Positions 39,281 through 50,383 of a DNA stretch of 64,000 nt are shown here, piece after piece (position 1 is the first letter of the stretch; each line of letters opens with the position of its first letter). The stretch is taken from NCBI RefSeq assembly GCF_029227855.1, contig NZ_CP074356.1; one strand, written 5' to 3'. A program made the translations under genes and the position numbers. The notes beneath the pieces are model-generated. The model was given only the letters and a program-made list of their open reading frames with translations. It ran no database searches and was not told the DNA's origin. Source of the stretch: Escherichia coli. GTDB taxonomy: Bacteria; Pseudomonadota; Gammaproteobacteria; Enterobacterales; Enterobacteriaceae.

Positions 39281-40735
39281 ATGTCTTTATCTCGCGCAGC
39301 GATTGTCGACCAGCTAAAGGAAATTGTTGGTGCAGATCGCGTAATTACCGATGAAACAGTATTAAAGAAAAACAGTATTGACCGTTTTCGCAAATTTCCG
39401 GATATTCATGGCATTTATACTTTGCCGATTCCGGCAGCGGTCGTAAAACTCGGTTCCACAGAACAAGTATCCCGTGTGCTGAATTTTATGAATGCGCACA
39501 AAATTAACGGTGTGCCGCGTACCGGTGCTTCCGCTACCGAAGGTGGGCTGGAAACCGTTGTGGAAAACTCGGTGGTGCTCGACGGCTCCGCCATGAATCA
39601 AATCATTAATATTGATATTGAGAATATGCAGGCCACGGCGCAATGTGGCGTTCCGCTGGAGGTGCTGGAAAACGCGTTGCGTGAAAAAGGTTACACCACG
39701 GGGCATTCTCCGCAGTCAAAGCCGCTGGCGCAGATGGGCGGCCTGGTAGCAACCCGCAGTATCGGGCAGTTCTCCACACTCTACGGCGCAATCGAAGATA
39801 TGGTCGTTGGTCTGGAAGCAGTACTGGCAGATGGCACCGTAACACGCATTAAAAACGTACCACGCCGCGCGGCAGGCCCGGACATTCGTCACATCATCAT
39901 CGGCAACGAAGGTGCATTGTGCTATATCACTGAAGTAACTGTGAAAATCTTTAAGTTCACCCCGGAAAACAACCTCTTCTACGGCTATATCCTGGAAGAC
40001 ATGAAAACCGGCTTCAACATCCTGCGTGAAATCATGGTGGAAGGGTATCGTCCGTCGATCGCTCGTTTGTATGACGCTGAAGATGGCACCCAACACTTCA
40101 CCTATTTTGCCGATGGTAAATGTGTGCTGATCTTTATGGCTGAAGGTAACCCTCGCATTGCGAAGGCGACAGGCGAAGGGATTGCGGAAATCGTGGCACG
40201 TTACCCGCAATGCCAGCGAGTGGACAGCAAGCTGATCGAAACCTGGTTTAATCACCTGAACTGGGGGCCGGATAAAGTGGCCGCTGAACGTGTGCAGATC
40301 CTCAAAACCGGCAACATGGGCTTTACCACCGAAGTGTCCGGCTGCTGGAGCTGCATCCACGAAATCTACGAAAGCGTTATTAACCGTATTCGTACCGAGT
40401 TCCCGCACGCCGACGACATCACCATGCTGGGCGGTCACTCCTCTCACAGCTACCAGAACGGTACCAACATGTACTTCGTTTACGACTACAACGTTGTTGA
40501 CTGTAAGCCGGAAGAGGAAATCGACAAGTACCACAATCCGCTCAACAAAATCATCTGCGAAGAAACCATTCGCCTCGGCGGTTCGATGGTGCACCACCAC
40601 GGTATTGGTAAACATCGCGTTCACTGGAGCAAACTGGAACACGGCAGCGCGTGGACGTTGCTGGAAGGTTTGAAAAAACAGTTCGATCCTAACGGCATTA
40701 TGAATACGGGTACTATCTATCCGATTGAAAAATAA
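39281..40735 (+). CDS. ygcU: FAD-linked oxidase (alkyl-DHAP synthase / D-lactate dehydrogenase-like), 484 aa
   Basis: ORF track 484 aa; FAD-binding PCMH-type domain features. Confidence 0.85.
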   Translation: MSLSRAAIVDQLKEIVGADRVITDETVLKKNSIDRFRKFPDIHGIYTLPIPAAVVKLGSTEQVSRVLNFMNAHKINGVPRTGASATEGGLETVVENSVVLDGSAMNQIINIDIENMQATAQCGVPLEVLENALREKGYTTGHSPQSKPLAQMGGLVATRSIGQFSTLYGAIEDMVVGLEAVLADGTVTRIKNVPRRAAGPDIRHIIIGNEGALCYITEVTVKIFKFTPENNLFYGYILEDMKTGFNILREIMVEGYRPSIARLYDAEDGTQHFTYFADGKCVLIFMAEGNPRIAKATGEGIAEIVARYPQCQRVDSKLIETWFNHLNWGPDKVAAERVQILKTGNMGFTTEVSGCWSCIHEIYESVINRIRTEFPHADDITMLGGHSSHSYQNGTNMYFVYDYNVVDCKPEEEIDKYHNPLNKIICEETIRLGGSMVHHHGIGKHRVHWSKLEHGSAWTLLEGLKKQFDPNGIMNTGTIYPIEK

Positions 40736-40827
40736 TGTGTGAGGCAGCGTTCCGCTATGAGGGGCGTTGCCTTTTCGGCTTCTCAGGCGAGAAGCCGTTC
40801 TTATTACCGGACAATGAAGGGGTAAAG

Positions 40828-42165
40828 ATGAACACTTCACCGGTGCGAATGGATGATTTACCGCTTAACCGTTTTCACTGTCGAATTGCTGCGCTCACTT
40901 TCGGCGCGCACCTGACCGACGGTTATGTTCTCGGCGTCATTGGTTACGCCATTATTCAGCTTACGCCCGCCATGCAACTGACGCCGTTTATGGCGGGAAT
41001 GATTGGCGGCTCGGCGCTACTTGGCCTGTTTATCGGTAGCCTGGTTTTGGGGTGGATCTCCGACTATATTGGTCGGCAAAAAATCTTCACCTTCAGCTTT
41101 TTGCTGATTACGCTCGCTTCGTTCTTGCAATTTTTTGCCACCACTCCAGAGCATCTTATTGGACTACGCATTTTGATCGGCATTGGTCTGGGAGGCGATT
41201 ACTCAGTCGGTCACACCTTGCTGGCTGAATTTTCCCCGCGCCGCCATCGCGGTATTTTGCTTGGCGCATTCAGTGTGGTGTGGACCGTAGGCTATGTGCT
41301 GGCAAGTATTGCCGGACATCACTTTATTAGCGAAAGCCCGGAGGCCTGGCGCTGGCTGCTGGCATCAGCGGCGTTACCAGCCTTGCTGATTACGCTGCTA
41401 CGTTGGGGAACGCCAGAATCGCCACGCTGGCTACTGCGCCAGGGGCGTTTTGCAGAAGCTCACGCTATCGTGCATCGCTATTTTGGTCCCCATGTTTTAC
41501 TGGGCGATGAAGTGGCAACAGCGACCCATAAACACATCAAAACCTTGTTCTCTTCGCGCTACTGGCGGCGCACAGCGTTTAACAGCGTCTTCTTTGTCTG
41601 CCTAGTAATCCCATGGTTTGTGATTTATACCTGGCTGCCAACTATCGCCCAAACTATTGGTCTGGAAGATGCGCTGACCGCTAGCCTGATGCTTAATGCG
41701 TTGTTAATTGTGGGCGCGCTGCTGGGATTAGTTCTGACGCACCTGCTGGCACATCGCAAATTTTTGCTGGGAAGTTTTTTGTTGCTGGCGGCAACGCTGG
41801 TAGTAATGGCCTGTTTGCCTTCCGGCAGTTCATTAACGCTGCTGCTTTTTGTTCTCTTCAGCACCACCATTTCGGCAGTCAGTAATCTGGTGGGCATTTT
41901 GCCTGCGGAAAGTTTTCCTACTGACATTCGCTCGCTGGGCGTCGGTTTTGCCACCGCCATGAGTCGGTTGGGCGCGGCGGTAAGTACTGGCCTGCTGCCG
42001 TGGGTGCTGGCGCAGTGGGGAATGCAAGTCACCTTATTGCTCCTGGCGGCAGTGTTGTTGGTTGGTTTTGTCGTGACCTGGCTATGGGCACCAGAAACCA
42101 AAGCACTCCCGCTGGTGGCGGCGGGAAATGTTGGAGGTGCGAATGAACATTCTGTTAGCGTTTAA
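40828..42165 (+). CDS. ygcS: MFS transporter (sugar-porter-like), 445 aa
   Basis: ORF track 476 aa trimmed to MNTSPVRMDDLPLN (ATG 40828, GAAGGGG RBS). Confidence 0.85.
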   Translation: MNTSPVRMDDLPLNRFHCRIAALTFGAHLTDGYVLGVIGYAIIQLTPAMQLTPFMAGMIGGSALLGLFIGSLVLGWISDYIGRQKIFTFSFLLITLASFLQFFATTPEHLIGLRILIGIGLGGDYSVGHTLLAEFSPRRHRGILLGAFSVVWTVGYVLASIAGHHFISESPEAWRWLLASAALPALLITLLRWGTPESPRWLLRQGRFAEAHAIVHRYFGPHVLLGDEVATATHKHIKTLFSSRYWRRTAFNSVFFVCLVIPWFVIYTWLPTIAQTIGLEDALTASLMLNALLIVGALLGLVLTHLLAHRKFLLGSFLLLAATLVVMACLPSGSSLTLLLFVLFSTTISAVSNLVGILPAESFPTDIRSLGVGFATAMSRLGAAVSTGLLPWVLAQWGMQVTLLLLAAVLLVGFVVTWLWAPETKALPLVAAGNVGGANEHSVSV

Positions 42166-42922
42166 AGCCGAACCGGATGCCGGAATGCTGGCGGAAAAAG
42201 AGTGGCAGGCGGCGGCTCAGGGTAATAGCGGACCGGATGTTTCGCTTCTGCGAAGTTTGCTCGGTGCTGATGAACAGGCTGCCGCCGCGCTGCTGATGGC
42301 GCAGAGAAAAAACGGTACGTCGATGTCTTTAACCGCGTTGAGCATGGGGGATGAACGGGCGTTGCACTGGCTGCGCTATCTTATGGCTCTTGGGTTTGAG
42401 GAAGCTGTATTGCTGGAGACGGCGGCAGATCTGCGCTTTGCGCCGGAATTTGTCGCTCGCCATATTGCCGAATGGCAGAACCAGAATCCGCTGGAGCTGA
42501 TAATTACTGGCTGCCAAAGCAGCGAAGGGCAGAATGGGCAAACGCCATTTTTGCTGGCGGAAATGCTGGGCTGGCCCTGCTTCACCCAGGTGGAGCGTTT
42601 TACTCTCGACGCGCCGTTTATCACCCTTGAACAGCGTACTGAAAACGGGCTGCGCTGTTGCCGGGTTCGCTTGCCTGCGGTGATTGCCGTGCGTCAGTGC
42701 GGTGAAGTGGCCTTGCCAGTACCGGGAATGCGTCAGCGAATGGCGGCGGGGAAAGCAGCAATTATCCGTAAAACTGTTGCTGCCGAATCGCCAGCGATGC
42801 AGTGTCTGCAACTGGCAAGAGCAGAGCAACAACGCGGAGCGACGCTGATTGATGGGCAAACGGTAGCAGAAAAAGCGCAAAAGCTATGGCAGGACTATTT
42901 ACGCCAAAGGATGCAGCCATGA
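42143..42922 (+). CDS. ygcR: Electron-transfer flavoprotein beta-subunit-like (FixA family), 259 aa
   Basis: ORF track 264 aa trimmed to MNILLAFKAEPD; overlaps ygcS stop. Confidence 0.82.
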   Translation: MNILLAFKAEPDAGMLAEKEWQAAAQGNSGPDVSLLRSLLGADEQAAAALLMAQRKNGTSMSLTALSMGDERALHWLRYLMALGFEEAVLLETAADLRFAPEFVARHIAEWQNQNPLELIITGCQSSEGQNGQTPFLLAEMLGWPCFTQVERFTLDAPFITLEQRTENGLRCCRVRLPAVIAVRQCGEVALPVPGMRQRMAAGKAAIIRKTVAAESPAMQCLQLARAEQQRGATLIDGQTVAEKAQKLWQDYLRQRMQP

Positions 42923-43779
42923 ATATCGCAATTGTGACAATAAATCAGGAGAATGCCGCAATAGCGAGCTGGCTGGCAGAACAGGATTTCAGCGGTTGTA
43001 CCCTGGCACACTGGCAGATTGAACCTCAGCCCGTAGTGGCGGAACAGGTGCTGGATGCGCTGGTGGAACAGTGGCAGCGAACGCCTGCGGACGTTGTTCT
43101 CTTTCCGCCGGGAACGTTTGGCGATGAACTGTCGACCCGGCTGGCCTGGCGTTTACATGGAGCAAGCATCTGCCAGGTGACTTCGTTAGATATTCCAACC
43201 GTAAGCGTGCGCAAATCCCACTGGGGAAATGCGCTAACGGCGACGCTGCAAACAGAAAAACGCCCGCTATGCCTTTCCCTGGCGCGTCAGGCGGGAGCAG
43301 CGAAAAACGCCACGTTGCCCTCTGGTATGCAGCAACTGAACATTGTCCCAGGTGCGCTTCCCGACTGGCTGGTTAGCATAGAGAATCTGAAAAATGTTAG
43401 CCGCGACCCATTAGCTGAAGCCAGACGGGTGCTGGTGGTGGGGCAGGGCGGAGAGGCAGATAACCAGGAAATCGCTATGCTGGCAGAAAAGCTGGGAGCC
43501 GAAGTGGGCTACAGTCGGGCGCGAGTGATGAACGGTGGCGTTGATGCTGAAAAAGTGATTGGTATTTCCGGACATCTGCTGGCACCTGAGGTGTGTATTG
43601 TTGTTGGCGCTTCCGGCGCAGCAGCGTTAATGGCGGGCGTACGCAATAGCAAGTTTGTGGTGGCGATTAATCATGACGCCAGCGCAACGGTATTTTCACA
43701 GGCAGATGTTGGCGTGGTTGATGACTGGAAAGTGGTGCTGGAGGCACTGGTGACAAACATTCACGCAGAATGCCAATAA
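42919..43779 (+). CDS. ygcQ: Electron-transfer flavoprotein alpha-subunit-like (FixB family), 286 aa
   Basis: ORF track 297 aa trimmed to MNIAIVTINQ; ATGA overlap with ygcR stop. Confidence 0.82.
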   Translation: MNIAIVTINQENAAIASWLAEQDFSGCTLAHWQIEPQPVVAEQVLDALVEQWQRTPADVVLFPPGTFGDELSTRLAWRLHGASICQVTSLDIPTVSVRKSHWGNALTATLQTEKRPLCLSLARQAGAAKNATLPSGMQQLNIVPGALPDWLVSIENLKNVSRDPLAEARRVLVVGQGGEADNQEIAMLAEKLGAEVGYSRARVMNGGVDAEKVIGISGHLLAPEVCIVVGASGAAALMAGVRNSKFVVAINHDASATVFSQADVGVVDDWKVVLEALVTNIHAECQ

Positions 43780-43785
43780 CGTGCA

Positions 43786-43886
43786 GCCGGATGATCCTGC
43801 CTACGGTTCCGGGCTGGGGACTTGTAAGCCTGATAAGACGCGTCAAGCGTCGCATCAGGCGCTGAATGTCGGATGTTGCGTGCAGC
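43786..43886. repeat. REP/BIME-type palindromic units, including GCCTGATAAGACGCGTCAAGCGTCGCATCAGGC, between convergent ygcQ and ygcP
   Basis: Palindromic REP sequence read directly; near-identical copy at 50331-50362. Confidence 0.7.
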
Positions 43887-43925
43887 CTACAAATCACACA
43901 AATTCAACTCGTTACGAGTATCCCG

Positions 43926-44501
43926 TCAAAGCAATTTTTTCGCTAACGTCCAGACCCCGGTATTCGTGGTGGAAAGCGCCACAACACCCGCGTTAATCGC
44001 ATTACGCGCATCTTCTTCATCGCACACCAGCCCGCCGGCAATCAGCGGTTGGCGGATTTTCTCCGTCACCCAGCCCAGCACTTTAGGCATACAGCCTGGC
44101 AGGATCTCAATACAATCCGGATTCGATTGCGCAACTTGCTTATCAATGTTGTGAAACGAAATCGAATCAACAATAAACAGGCGATGAATACAGAAAAAAC
44201 CTTCCGCTCTTGCCGCTTTCAGCATCGATGCTTTCGTGCTGATAATGCCGTCCGCCTCGGTCACCAGTTTCAGAAACTGAATCACCACTTCTTTGTTCGA
44301 TGCGCCTTCCAGCAAATCAACATGAATAAAAGCATATTTCCCGGCGTTCTTAATCTTTTTAACGATATTACTGATGGTGCAGATATTGCCGTACAACACT
44401 GAAATAAACTGGCATTCAGAATCGATTGCCAGTTGCAGGCTGGCATTATCTTTAACGGCAGCAATCACCGGATTCTGGCGGAGCAGGTGTAAGAGGGGCA
44501 T
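43926..44501 (-). CDS. ygcP: GlpP-family putative transcription antiterminator, 191 aa
   Basis: ORF track 191 aa MPLLHLLRQNPVIAAVKDNASLQLAID... Confidence 0.82.
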   Translation of the reverse strand: MPLLHLLRQNPVIAAVKDNASLQLAIDSECQFISVLYGNICTISNIVKKIKNAGKYAFIHVDLLEGASNKEVVIQFLKLVTEADGIISTKASMLKAARAEGFFCIHRLFIVDSISFHNIDKQVAQSNPDCIEILPGCMPKVLGWVTEKIRQPLIAGGLVCDEEDARNAINAGVVALSTTNTGVWTLAKKLL

Positions 44502-44517
44502 AAATTATCCTTATTAT

Positions 44518-44778
44518 TTATCCAAAGCGGTAGGTGATGCCGAATCCGGAAGGCGGATAGCGCCACTGTTGTAGTGTTGATTCGTCGCACAGCAAACGGC
44601 AGGTGCCACACTCCAGGCAGCCGCGATAATCAACGCGTAAGTCACCTTCCGGTGTGAGCGAAAAAAGACCAGCTGGACAAGCGTTAATCAACCGTTGTAC
44701 CGTCTGGCGCTCAACGGAGTCAGCCGGAACAATGTGCGGCGCATCGGCAACGCGCCAGAGATTACGGGCTACAGACAT
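44518..44778 (-). CDS. ygcO: Ferredoxin-like protein (FixX family), 86 aa
   Basis: ORF track 98 aa trimmed to MSVARNLWRVADAPH; cysteine motifs CPAG / CLECGTC. Confidence 0.8.
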   Translation of the reverse strand: MSVARNLWRVADAPHIVPADSVERQTVQRLINACPAGLFSLTPEGDLRVDYRGCLECGTCRLLCDESTLQQWRYPPSGFGITYRFG

Positions 44779-46040
44779 CGCAGACTCCTGATAACATCGC
44801 CCGCCAGATGCCACAGGCCGTGACGACGTAAATGACGCCAGAATAACTGGCGCAGCGGTGGAACAGGTTTATCACCCTGATCCCATAAATCACGGGAAAT
44901 ATCCTGCATTAACGCAGGCCACGCACGGTACCATCCAGGGCGTTGCAAAAGCGCCGGAACATGCTGATAACGTTGTAGAACATCCCATAGCAGGCTGCGC
45001 TCTACGTTGTGATGATAAAGCGCAAACAGATTTTGCGGCTCGCGGTGCTGGCAGGCGCTTATCAGCGTTTGTGCCGCCGCCTGCGCGCCAGTCAGCGCCA
45101 TATCCATGCCGCGCACGGAAATTCCGGTATTGACGCAACTGCGCAACGCATCGCCCACCAGCAGCCAGCCGTTACCGGCGTATTGCACCGGCATACTGTG
45201 CAAGCCACCTTCTGGCACCAGATGCGCACCATACTCCAGTGATTCCGTGTTTTTGATAAGCGGGCGCACTGCCGGATGCGTTTTAAAGCGAGCCAGCAGC
45301 TCGCTTGCCGGAACACGACTTTGCGTAAGGGAAGAGAGCGGGCAAACAATCCCTAACGAGAGCGTTTGTTGATTAGTATAAAGAAATGCGCCGCCGGGTA
45401 AGTCATCACAGATCCCGCCGCTGAACAGCAACGCTGCGCCTTCGTTATTCTCCAGATGAAAACGTTCTTCAATAGCGGATGTTTCCAGCGACAGCACTTC
45501 TTTGATCCCCAACGCCATCGCTTCGCCAGCAGGACGAGTCACTAACCCGTGACGTTCAGCCAGGACGCTGTTGGCACCTTCTGCCAGCACCACATAACGG
45601 GCGCGGAGAATATCGTCACCACAAATGACACCACACACCCTGCCGTTTTCTTCATACAGCGCATCCACCGTCGCACCGGGGATGCATTCGACACCTTCTT
45701 TTTCGGCTTCGGCAACCAGCCACGGATCGAACCGTGCACGTAATACACTCCAGGATTCACGGCCGGGCTGTAAGCTGGAAAACGTCGTTGCGCCATCCGG
45801 CGTTAGCAGAGAAAGGCTTTCGTGAGTGATGCGTCGTTCAAGAGGCGCGGTCAGATGAAATTGCGGGAGGAGTTCCGCGAGCGCATGGGTGTATAAACGC
45901 CCGCCGGAAAGATTTTTGCTGCCGGGGATTTCAGCGCGTTCCAGTAACAGAACGGACAAACCTGCCCGCGTGCAGCGTAACGCGCAAGCGGTGCCTGCTA
46001 TACCCGCACCAATAATAATAATGTCGCAGTTGTCTTCCAT
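44769..46040 (-). CDS. ygcN: FAD-dependent oxidoreductase (FixC / ETF-QO-like), 423 aa
   Basis: ORF track 433 aa trimmed to MEDNCDIIIIGAGIAG (FAD-binding GxGxxG). Confidence 0.82.
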   Translation of the reverse strand: MEDNCDIIIIGAGIAGTACALRCTRAGLSVLLLERAEIPGSKNLSGGRLYTHALAELLPQFHLTAPLERRITHESLSLLTPDGATTFSSLQPGRESWSVLRARFDPWLVAEAEKEGVECIPGATVDALYEENGRVCGVICGDDILRARYVVLAEGANSVLAERHGLVTRPAGEAMALGIKEVLSLETSAIEERFHLENNEGAALLFSGGICDDLPGGAFLYTNQQTLSLGIVCPLSSLTQSRVPASELLARFKTHPAVRPLIKNTESLEYGAHLVPEGGLHSMPVQYAGNGWLLVGDALRSCVNTGISVRGMDMALTGAQAAAQTLISACQHREPQNLFALYHHNVERSLLWDVLQRYQHVPALLQRPGWYRAWPALMQDISRDLWDQGDKPVPPLRQLFWRHLRRHGLWHLAGDVIRSLRCL

Positions 46041-46117
46041 GTCATGCCCCAGATATCCAGAACACAACACCCTAACATGGCGTTACTTAAGGGAAATTGA
46101 CCGCCGACACACTCTTA

Positions 46118-46483
46118 TCATTCGCCGCGATAGATACAGCCTGCAGTACAGGTTTCTTTTACCATCACCGCACTTAACAGCGGCACAACCGGTTTAACTT
46201 GATCCCAAATCCATTTTGCTAAAACTTCGCTGGTTGGGTTTTCCAGACCTGGAATATCATTGAGATAATGGTGATCGAGACGCTCGTAGGTTGGCTTAAA
46301 CGCCGCTTTCAGTTCAGCGAAATCGATAATCCAGCCCGTATGCGGATCGACTTCCCCGGTGATTTCCAGTCGCACCATAAAGGAATGCCCGTGCAGGCGA
46401 CCACATTTATGCCCTTCCGGGACGTGTGGTAAGCGGTGAGCGGCTTCGAAGGTGAAATCTTTAAATAACGTGGTGGACATCAT
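46118..46483 (-). CDS. queD: 6-carboxy-5,6,7,8-tetrahydropterin synthase, 121 aa
   Basis: ORF track 149 aa trimmed to [33 protein letters not shown]. Confidence 0.9.
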   Translation of the reverse strand: MMSTTLFKDFTFEAAHRLPHVPEGHKCGRLHGHSFMVRLEITGEVDPHTGWIIDFAELKAAFKPTYERLDHHYLNDIPGLENPTSEVLAKWIWDQVKPVVPLLSAVMVKETCTAGCIYRGE

Positions 46484-46798
46484 AATTTCTCTACAGGACG
46501 ATAAAACCGCCGTAGAGTACCGGAAAGCCTGTTTTTTCGCATTACTAAAAACGGGTTTGTTGCGCAAAATGACCGATTTAACTTAATTGTGGCCGATATT
46601 TATCTATTTTTCATAGAGTTAATAAATCTATTTTGTTGTTAAAGACTATTGCTAAAACAGGTTAGTCGATTTGGTTATTAGTTATCGCTATCCCGTCTTT
46701 AATCCATCCCCTTCGCGCCGTTAACCTTACCTTCTCTTCTGTTTTATGGGCGCTGACAGGGCCGATAAACAGCTTTGCTTACTGGAACATAACGACGC

Positions 46799-48598
46799 AT
46801 GACGACACAGGTCCCACCTTCCGCTTTGCTTCCGCTGAACCCGGAGCAACTGGCACGCCTCCAGGCGGCCACAACCGATTTAACGCCCACCCAGCTTGCC
46901 TGGGTTTCTGGCTATTTCTGGGGAGTGCTTAACCAGCAACCTGCTGCGCTTGCAGCGACGCCAGCTCCTGGTGCAGAAATGCCGGGTATAACGATTATCT
47001 CTGCTTCGCAAACCGGCAATGCGCGTCGGGTCGCCGAAGCATTACGCGATGATTTATTAGCGGCAAAACTGAACGTTAAGCTGGTGAACGCGGGCGACTA
47101 TAAATTCAAACAAATCGCCAGTGAAAAACTGCTTATCGTGGTGACGTCAACACAAGGGGAAGGGGAGCCGCCGGAAGAAGCCGTCGCGCTGCATAAGTTC
47201 CTGTTCTCCAAAAAAGCGCCGAAGCTGGAAAACACCTCGTTTGCTGTGTTTAGCCTCGGCGATAGCTCTTATGAATTTTTCTGCCAGTCCGGGAAAGATT
47301 TCGACAGCAAGCTGGCGGAACTTGGCGGTGAACGCCTGCTCGATCGTGTCGATGCCGATGTTGAATACCAGGCTGCCGCCAGCGAATGGCGCGCCCGCGT
47401 GGTTGATGTACTGAAATCGCGCGCGCCTGTCGCAGCACCTTCACAATCCGTCGCCACTGGTGCGGTGAATGAAATCCACACCAGCCCATACAGCAAAGAA
47501 GCGCCGCTGGTGGCGAGTCTCTCTGTTAACCAGAGAATTACTGGACGTAACTCTGAAAAAGACGTTCGCCATATCGAAATTGACTTAGGCGACTCTGGCC
47601 TGCGTTATCAGCCGGGCGATGCGCTGGGTGTCTGGTATCAGAACGATCCGGCACTGGTTAAAGAACTTGTCGAACTGCTGTGGCTGAAAGGCGATGAACC
47701 CGTCACCGTTGATGGCAAAACGCTGACTCTGAGTGAAGCGCTACAGTGGCATTTTGAATTGACGGTTAACACCGCCAACATCGTTGAGAACTACGCCACG
47801 CTTACCCGCAGTGAAACGCTGCTACCACTGGTGGGCGATAAAGCGAAATTGCAGCATTACGCCGCGACCACCCCAATTGTCGACATGGTGCGTTTCTCTC
47901 CGGCGCAACTGGATGCCGAAGCGCTGATTAATCTGCTGCGTCCGCTGACCCCGCGCCTGTATTCCATCGCCTCCTCGCAGGCGGAAGTCGAGAACGAAGT
48001 ACATGTCACCGTTGGTGTGGTGCGTTACGACGTGGAAGGCCGAGCCCGTGCCGGTGGTGCCTCCAGCTTCCTCGCGGATCGCGTGGAAGAAGAGGGTGAA
48101 GTCCGCGTCTTTATCGAACATAACGATAACTTCCGCCTGCCAGCCAATCCGGAAACGCCGGTGATTATGATTGGCCCAGGCACCGGCATCGCGCCGTTCC
48201 GCGCCTTTATGCAGCAACGCGCCGCCGACGAAGCGCCGGGGAAAAACTGGCTGTTCTTTGGCAACCCGCACTTTACGGAAGATTTCCTCTACCAGGTGGA
48301 ATGGCAGCGCTACGTCAAAGAGGGCGTGCTGACGCGTATCGATCTTGCCTGGTCGCGCGATCAAAAAGAAAAAATTTACGTACAAGACAAACTGCGCGAA
48401 CAGGGCGCAGAGCTGTGGCGCTGGATCAATGACGGTGCCCACATTTATGTCTGCGGCGACGCTAATCGCATGGCGAAAGACGTTGAGCAGGCACTTCTGG
48501 AAGTGATTGCCGAATTTGGTGGCATGGACACCGAAGCGGCGGATGAATTTTTAAGTGAGCTGCGCGTAGAGCGCCGTTATCAGCGAGATGTCTACTAA
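46799..48598 (+). CDS. cysJ: Sulfite reductase (NADPH) flavoprotein alpha subunit, 599 aa
   Basis: ORF track 599 aa [24 protein letters not shown]... Confidence 0.96.
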   Translation: MTTQVPPSALLPLNPEQLARLQAATTDLTPTQLAWVSGYFWGVLNQQPAALAATPAPGAEMPGITIISASQTGNARRVAEALRDDLLAAKLNVKLVNAGDYKFKQIASEKLLIVVTSTQGEGEPPEEAVALHKFLFSKKAPKLENTSFAVFSLGDSSYEFFCQSGKDFDSKLAELGGERLLDRVDADVEYQAAASEWRARVVDVLKSRAPVAAPSQSVATGAVNEIHTSPYSKEAPLVASLSVNQRITGRNSEKDVRHIEIDLGDSGLRYQPGDALGVWYQNDPALVKELVELLWLKGDEPVTVDGKTLTLSEALQWHFELTVNTANIVENYATLTRSETLLPLVGDKAKLQHYAATTPIVDMVRFSPAQLDAEALINLLRPLTPRLYSIASSQAEVENEVHVTVGVVRYDVEGRARAGGASSFLADRVEEEGEVRVFIEHNDNFRLPANPETPVIMIGPGTGIAPFRAFMQQRAADEAPGKNWLFFGNPHFTEDFLYQVEWQRYVKEGVLTRIDLAWSRDQKEKIYVQDKLREQGAELWRWINDGAHIYVCGDANRMAKDVEQALLEVIAEFGGMDTEAADEFLSELRVERRYQRDVY

Positions 48599-50310
48599 TG
48601 AGCGAAAAACATCCAGGGCCTTTAGTGATCGAAGGAAAACTGACAGACGCCGAGCGCATGAAGCTTGAAAGCAACTACCTGCGCGGCACCATTGCGGAAG
48701 ATTTAAACGACGGTCTGACCGGCGGCTTTAAGGGCGATAACTTCCTGCTGATCCGCTTCCACGGCATGTATCAGCAGGATGACCGCGACATCCGCGCCGA
48801 ACGTGCTGAACAGAAGCTGGAGCCACGTCATGCAATGCTGTTGCGCTGCCGTCTGCCGGGTGGCGTGATTACCACCAAACAGTGGCAGGCGATCGATAAA
48901 TTTGCCGGTGAAAACACCATCTATGGCAGCATTCGCCTGACCAACCGCCAGACGTTTCAGTTCCACGGCATTCTGAAAAAGAACGTCAAACCGGTGCACC
49001 AGATGCTGCACTCGGTCGGTCTTGATGCGCTGGCGACTGCTAACGACATGAACCGTAACGTACTCTGCACCTCGAACCCTTACGAGTCGCAGCTACACGC
49101 GGAAGCGTATGAATGGGCGAAGAAAATCTCTGAACATCTGCTGCCGCGTACCCGCGCGTATGCGGAGATCTGGCTCGATCAGGAAAAAGTCGCCACCACC
49201 GATGAAGAACCGATCCTCGGTCAGACTTATTTGCCGCGTAAATTCAAAACTACGGTAGTGATCCCGCCGCAGAACGATATCGATCTGCATGCCAACGACA
49301 TGAACTTCGTGGCAATCGCCGAAAACGGCAAGCTGGTGGGCTTTAACCTGTTGGTGGGCGGTGGGCTTTCTATCGAACACGGCAACAAGAAAACCTACGC
49401 CCGCACGGCGAGTGAGTTTGGCTATCTGCCGCTGGAGCATACGCTGGCGGTGGCAGAAGCCGTCGTGACGACTCAGCGCGACTGGGGTAACCGTACCGAT
49501 CGTAAAAATGCCAAAACCAAATACACGCTGGAGCGCGTGGGGGTTGAGACGTTTAAAGCGGAAGTGGAGCGTCGCGCGGGGATCAAATTTGAACCGATCC
49601 GTCCATATGAGTTCACCGGACGCGGCGATCGTATTGGCTGGGTTAAAGGCATTGATGATAACTGGCACCTGACGCTGTTTATCGAAAATGGTCGCATCCT
49701 TGATTATCCTGGGCGTCCGCTGAAAACCGGCCTGCTGGAGATCGCGAAGATCCACAAAGGCGATTTCCGCATTACGGCGAACCAGAATCTGATCATCGCC
49801 GGTGTGCCGGAAAGCGAGAAAGCGAAGATCGAGAAGATTGCCAAAGAGAGCGGGTTAATGAATGCCGTCACGCCGCAGCGTGAAAACTCAATGGCCTGCG
49901 TGTCATTCCCGACTTGCCCGCTGGCGATGGCCGAAGCCGAGCGTTTCCTGCCGTCTTTTATCGACAACATCGATAATTTAATGGCGAAACATGGTGTCAG
50001 CGATGAGCATATCGTGATGCGTGTAACAGGCTGCCCGAACGGTTGTGGTCGCGCGATGCTGGCGGAAGTGGGCCTGGTGGGTAAAGCGCCGGGTCGCTAC
50101 AACCTGCATCTTGGCGGCAACCGCATTGGGACACGTATCCCACGGATGTATAAAGAAAACATCACCGAACCGGAAATCCTGGCGTCGCTTGATGAACTGA
50201 TAGGGCGCTGGGCGAAAGAGCGCGAAGCGGGTGAAGGCTTCGGCGACTTTACGGTGCGTGCGGGCATCATTCGCCCGGTGCTCGATCCGGCGCGCGATTT
50301 GTGGGATTAA
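48598..50310 (+). CDS. cysI: Sulfite reductase hemoprotein beta subunit, 570 aa
   Basis: ORF track 570 aa [26 protein letters not shown]... Confidence 0.96.
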   Translation: MSEKHPGPLVIEGKLTDAERMKLESNYLRGTIAEDLNDGLTGGFKGDNFLLIRFHGMYQQDDRDIRAERAEQKLEPRHAMLLRCRLPGGVITTKQWQAIDKFAGENTIYGSIRLTNRQTFQFHGILKKNVKPVHQMLHSVGLDALATANDMNRNVLCTSNPYESQLHAEAYEWAKKISEHLLPRTRAYAEIWLDQEKVATTDEEPILGQTYLPRKFKTTVVIPPQNDIDLHANDMNFVAIAENGKLVGFNLLVGGGLSIEHGNKKTYARTASEFGYLPLEHTLAVAEAVVTTQRDWGNRTDRKNAKTKYTLERVGVETFKAEVERRAGIKFEPIRPYEFTGRGDRIGWVKGIDDNWHLTLFIENGRILDYPGRPLKTGLLEIAKIHKGDFRITANQNLIIAGVPESEKAKIEKIAKESGLMNAVTPQRENSMACVSFPTCPLAMAEAERFLPSFIDNIDNLMAKHGVSDEHIVMRVTGCPNGCGRAMLAEVGLVGKAPGRYNLHLGGNRIGTRIPRMYKENITEPEILASLDELIGRWAKEREAGEGFGDFTVRAGIIRPVLDPARDLWD

Positions 50311-50330
50311 CCATCAGCCCGGTCTTGTAG

Positions 50331-50362
50331 GCCTGATAAGACGCGTGAGCGTCGCATCAGGC
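50331..50362. repeat. REP palindromic unit GCCTGATAAGACGCGTGAGCGTCGCATCAGGC between cysI and cysH
   Basis: Read directly; near-identical to the unit at 43828-43860. Confidence 0.7.
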
Positions 50363-50383
50363 AAGGCAAACAGTGAGGAATCT

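Noticed and set aside
39716-40840. 374-aa minus-strand ORF
   Set aside because: Antisense to ygcU; no independent start context.
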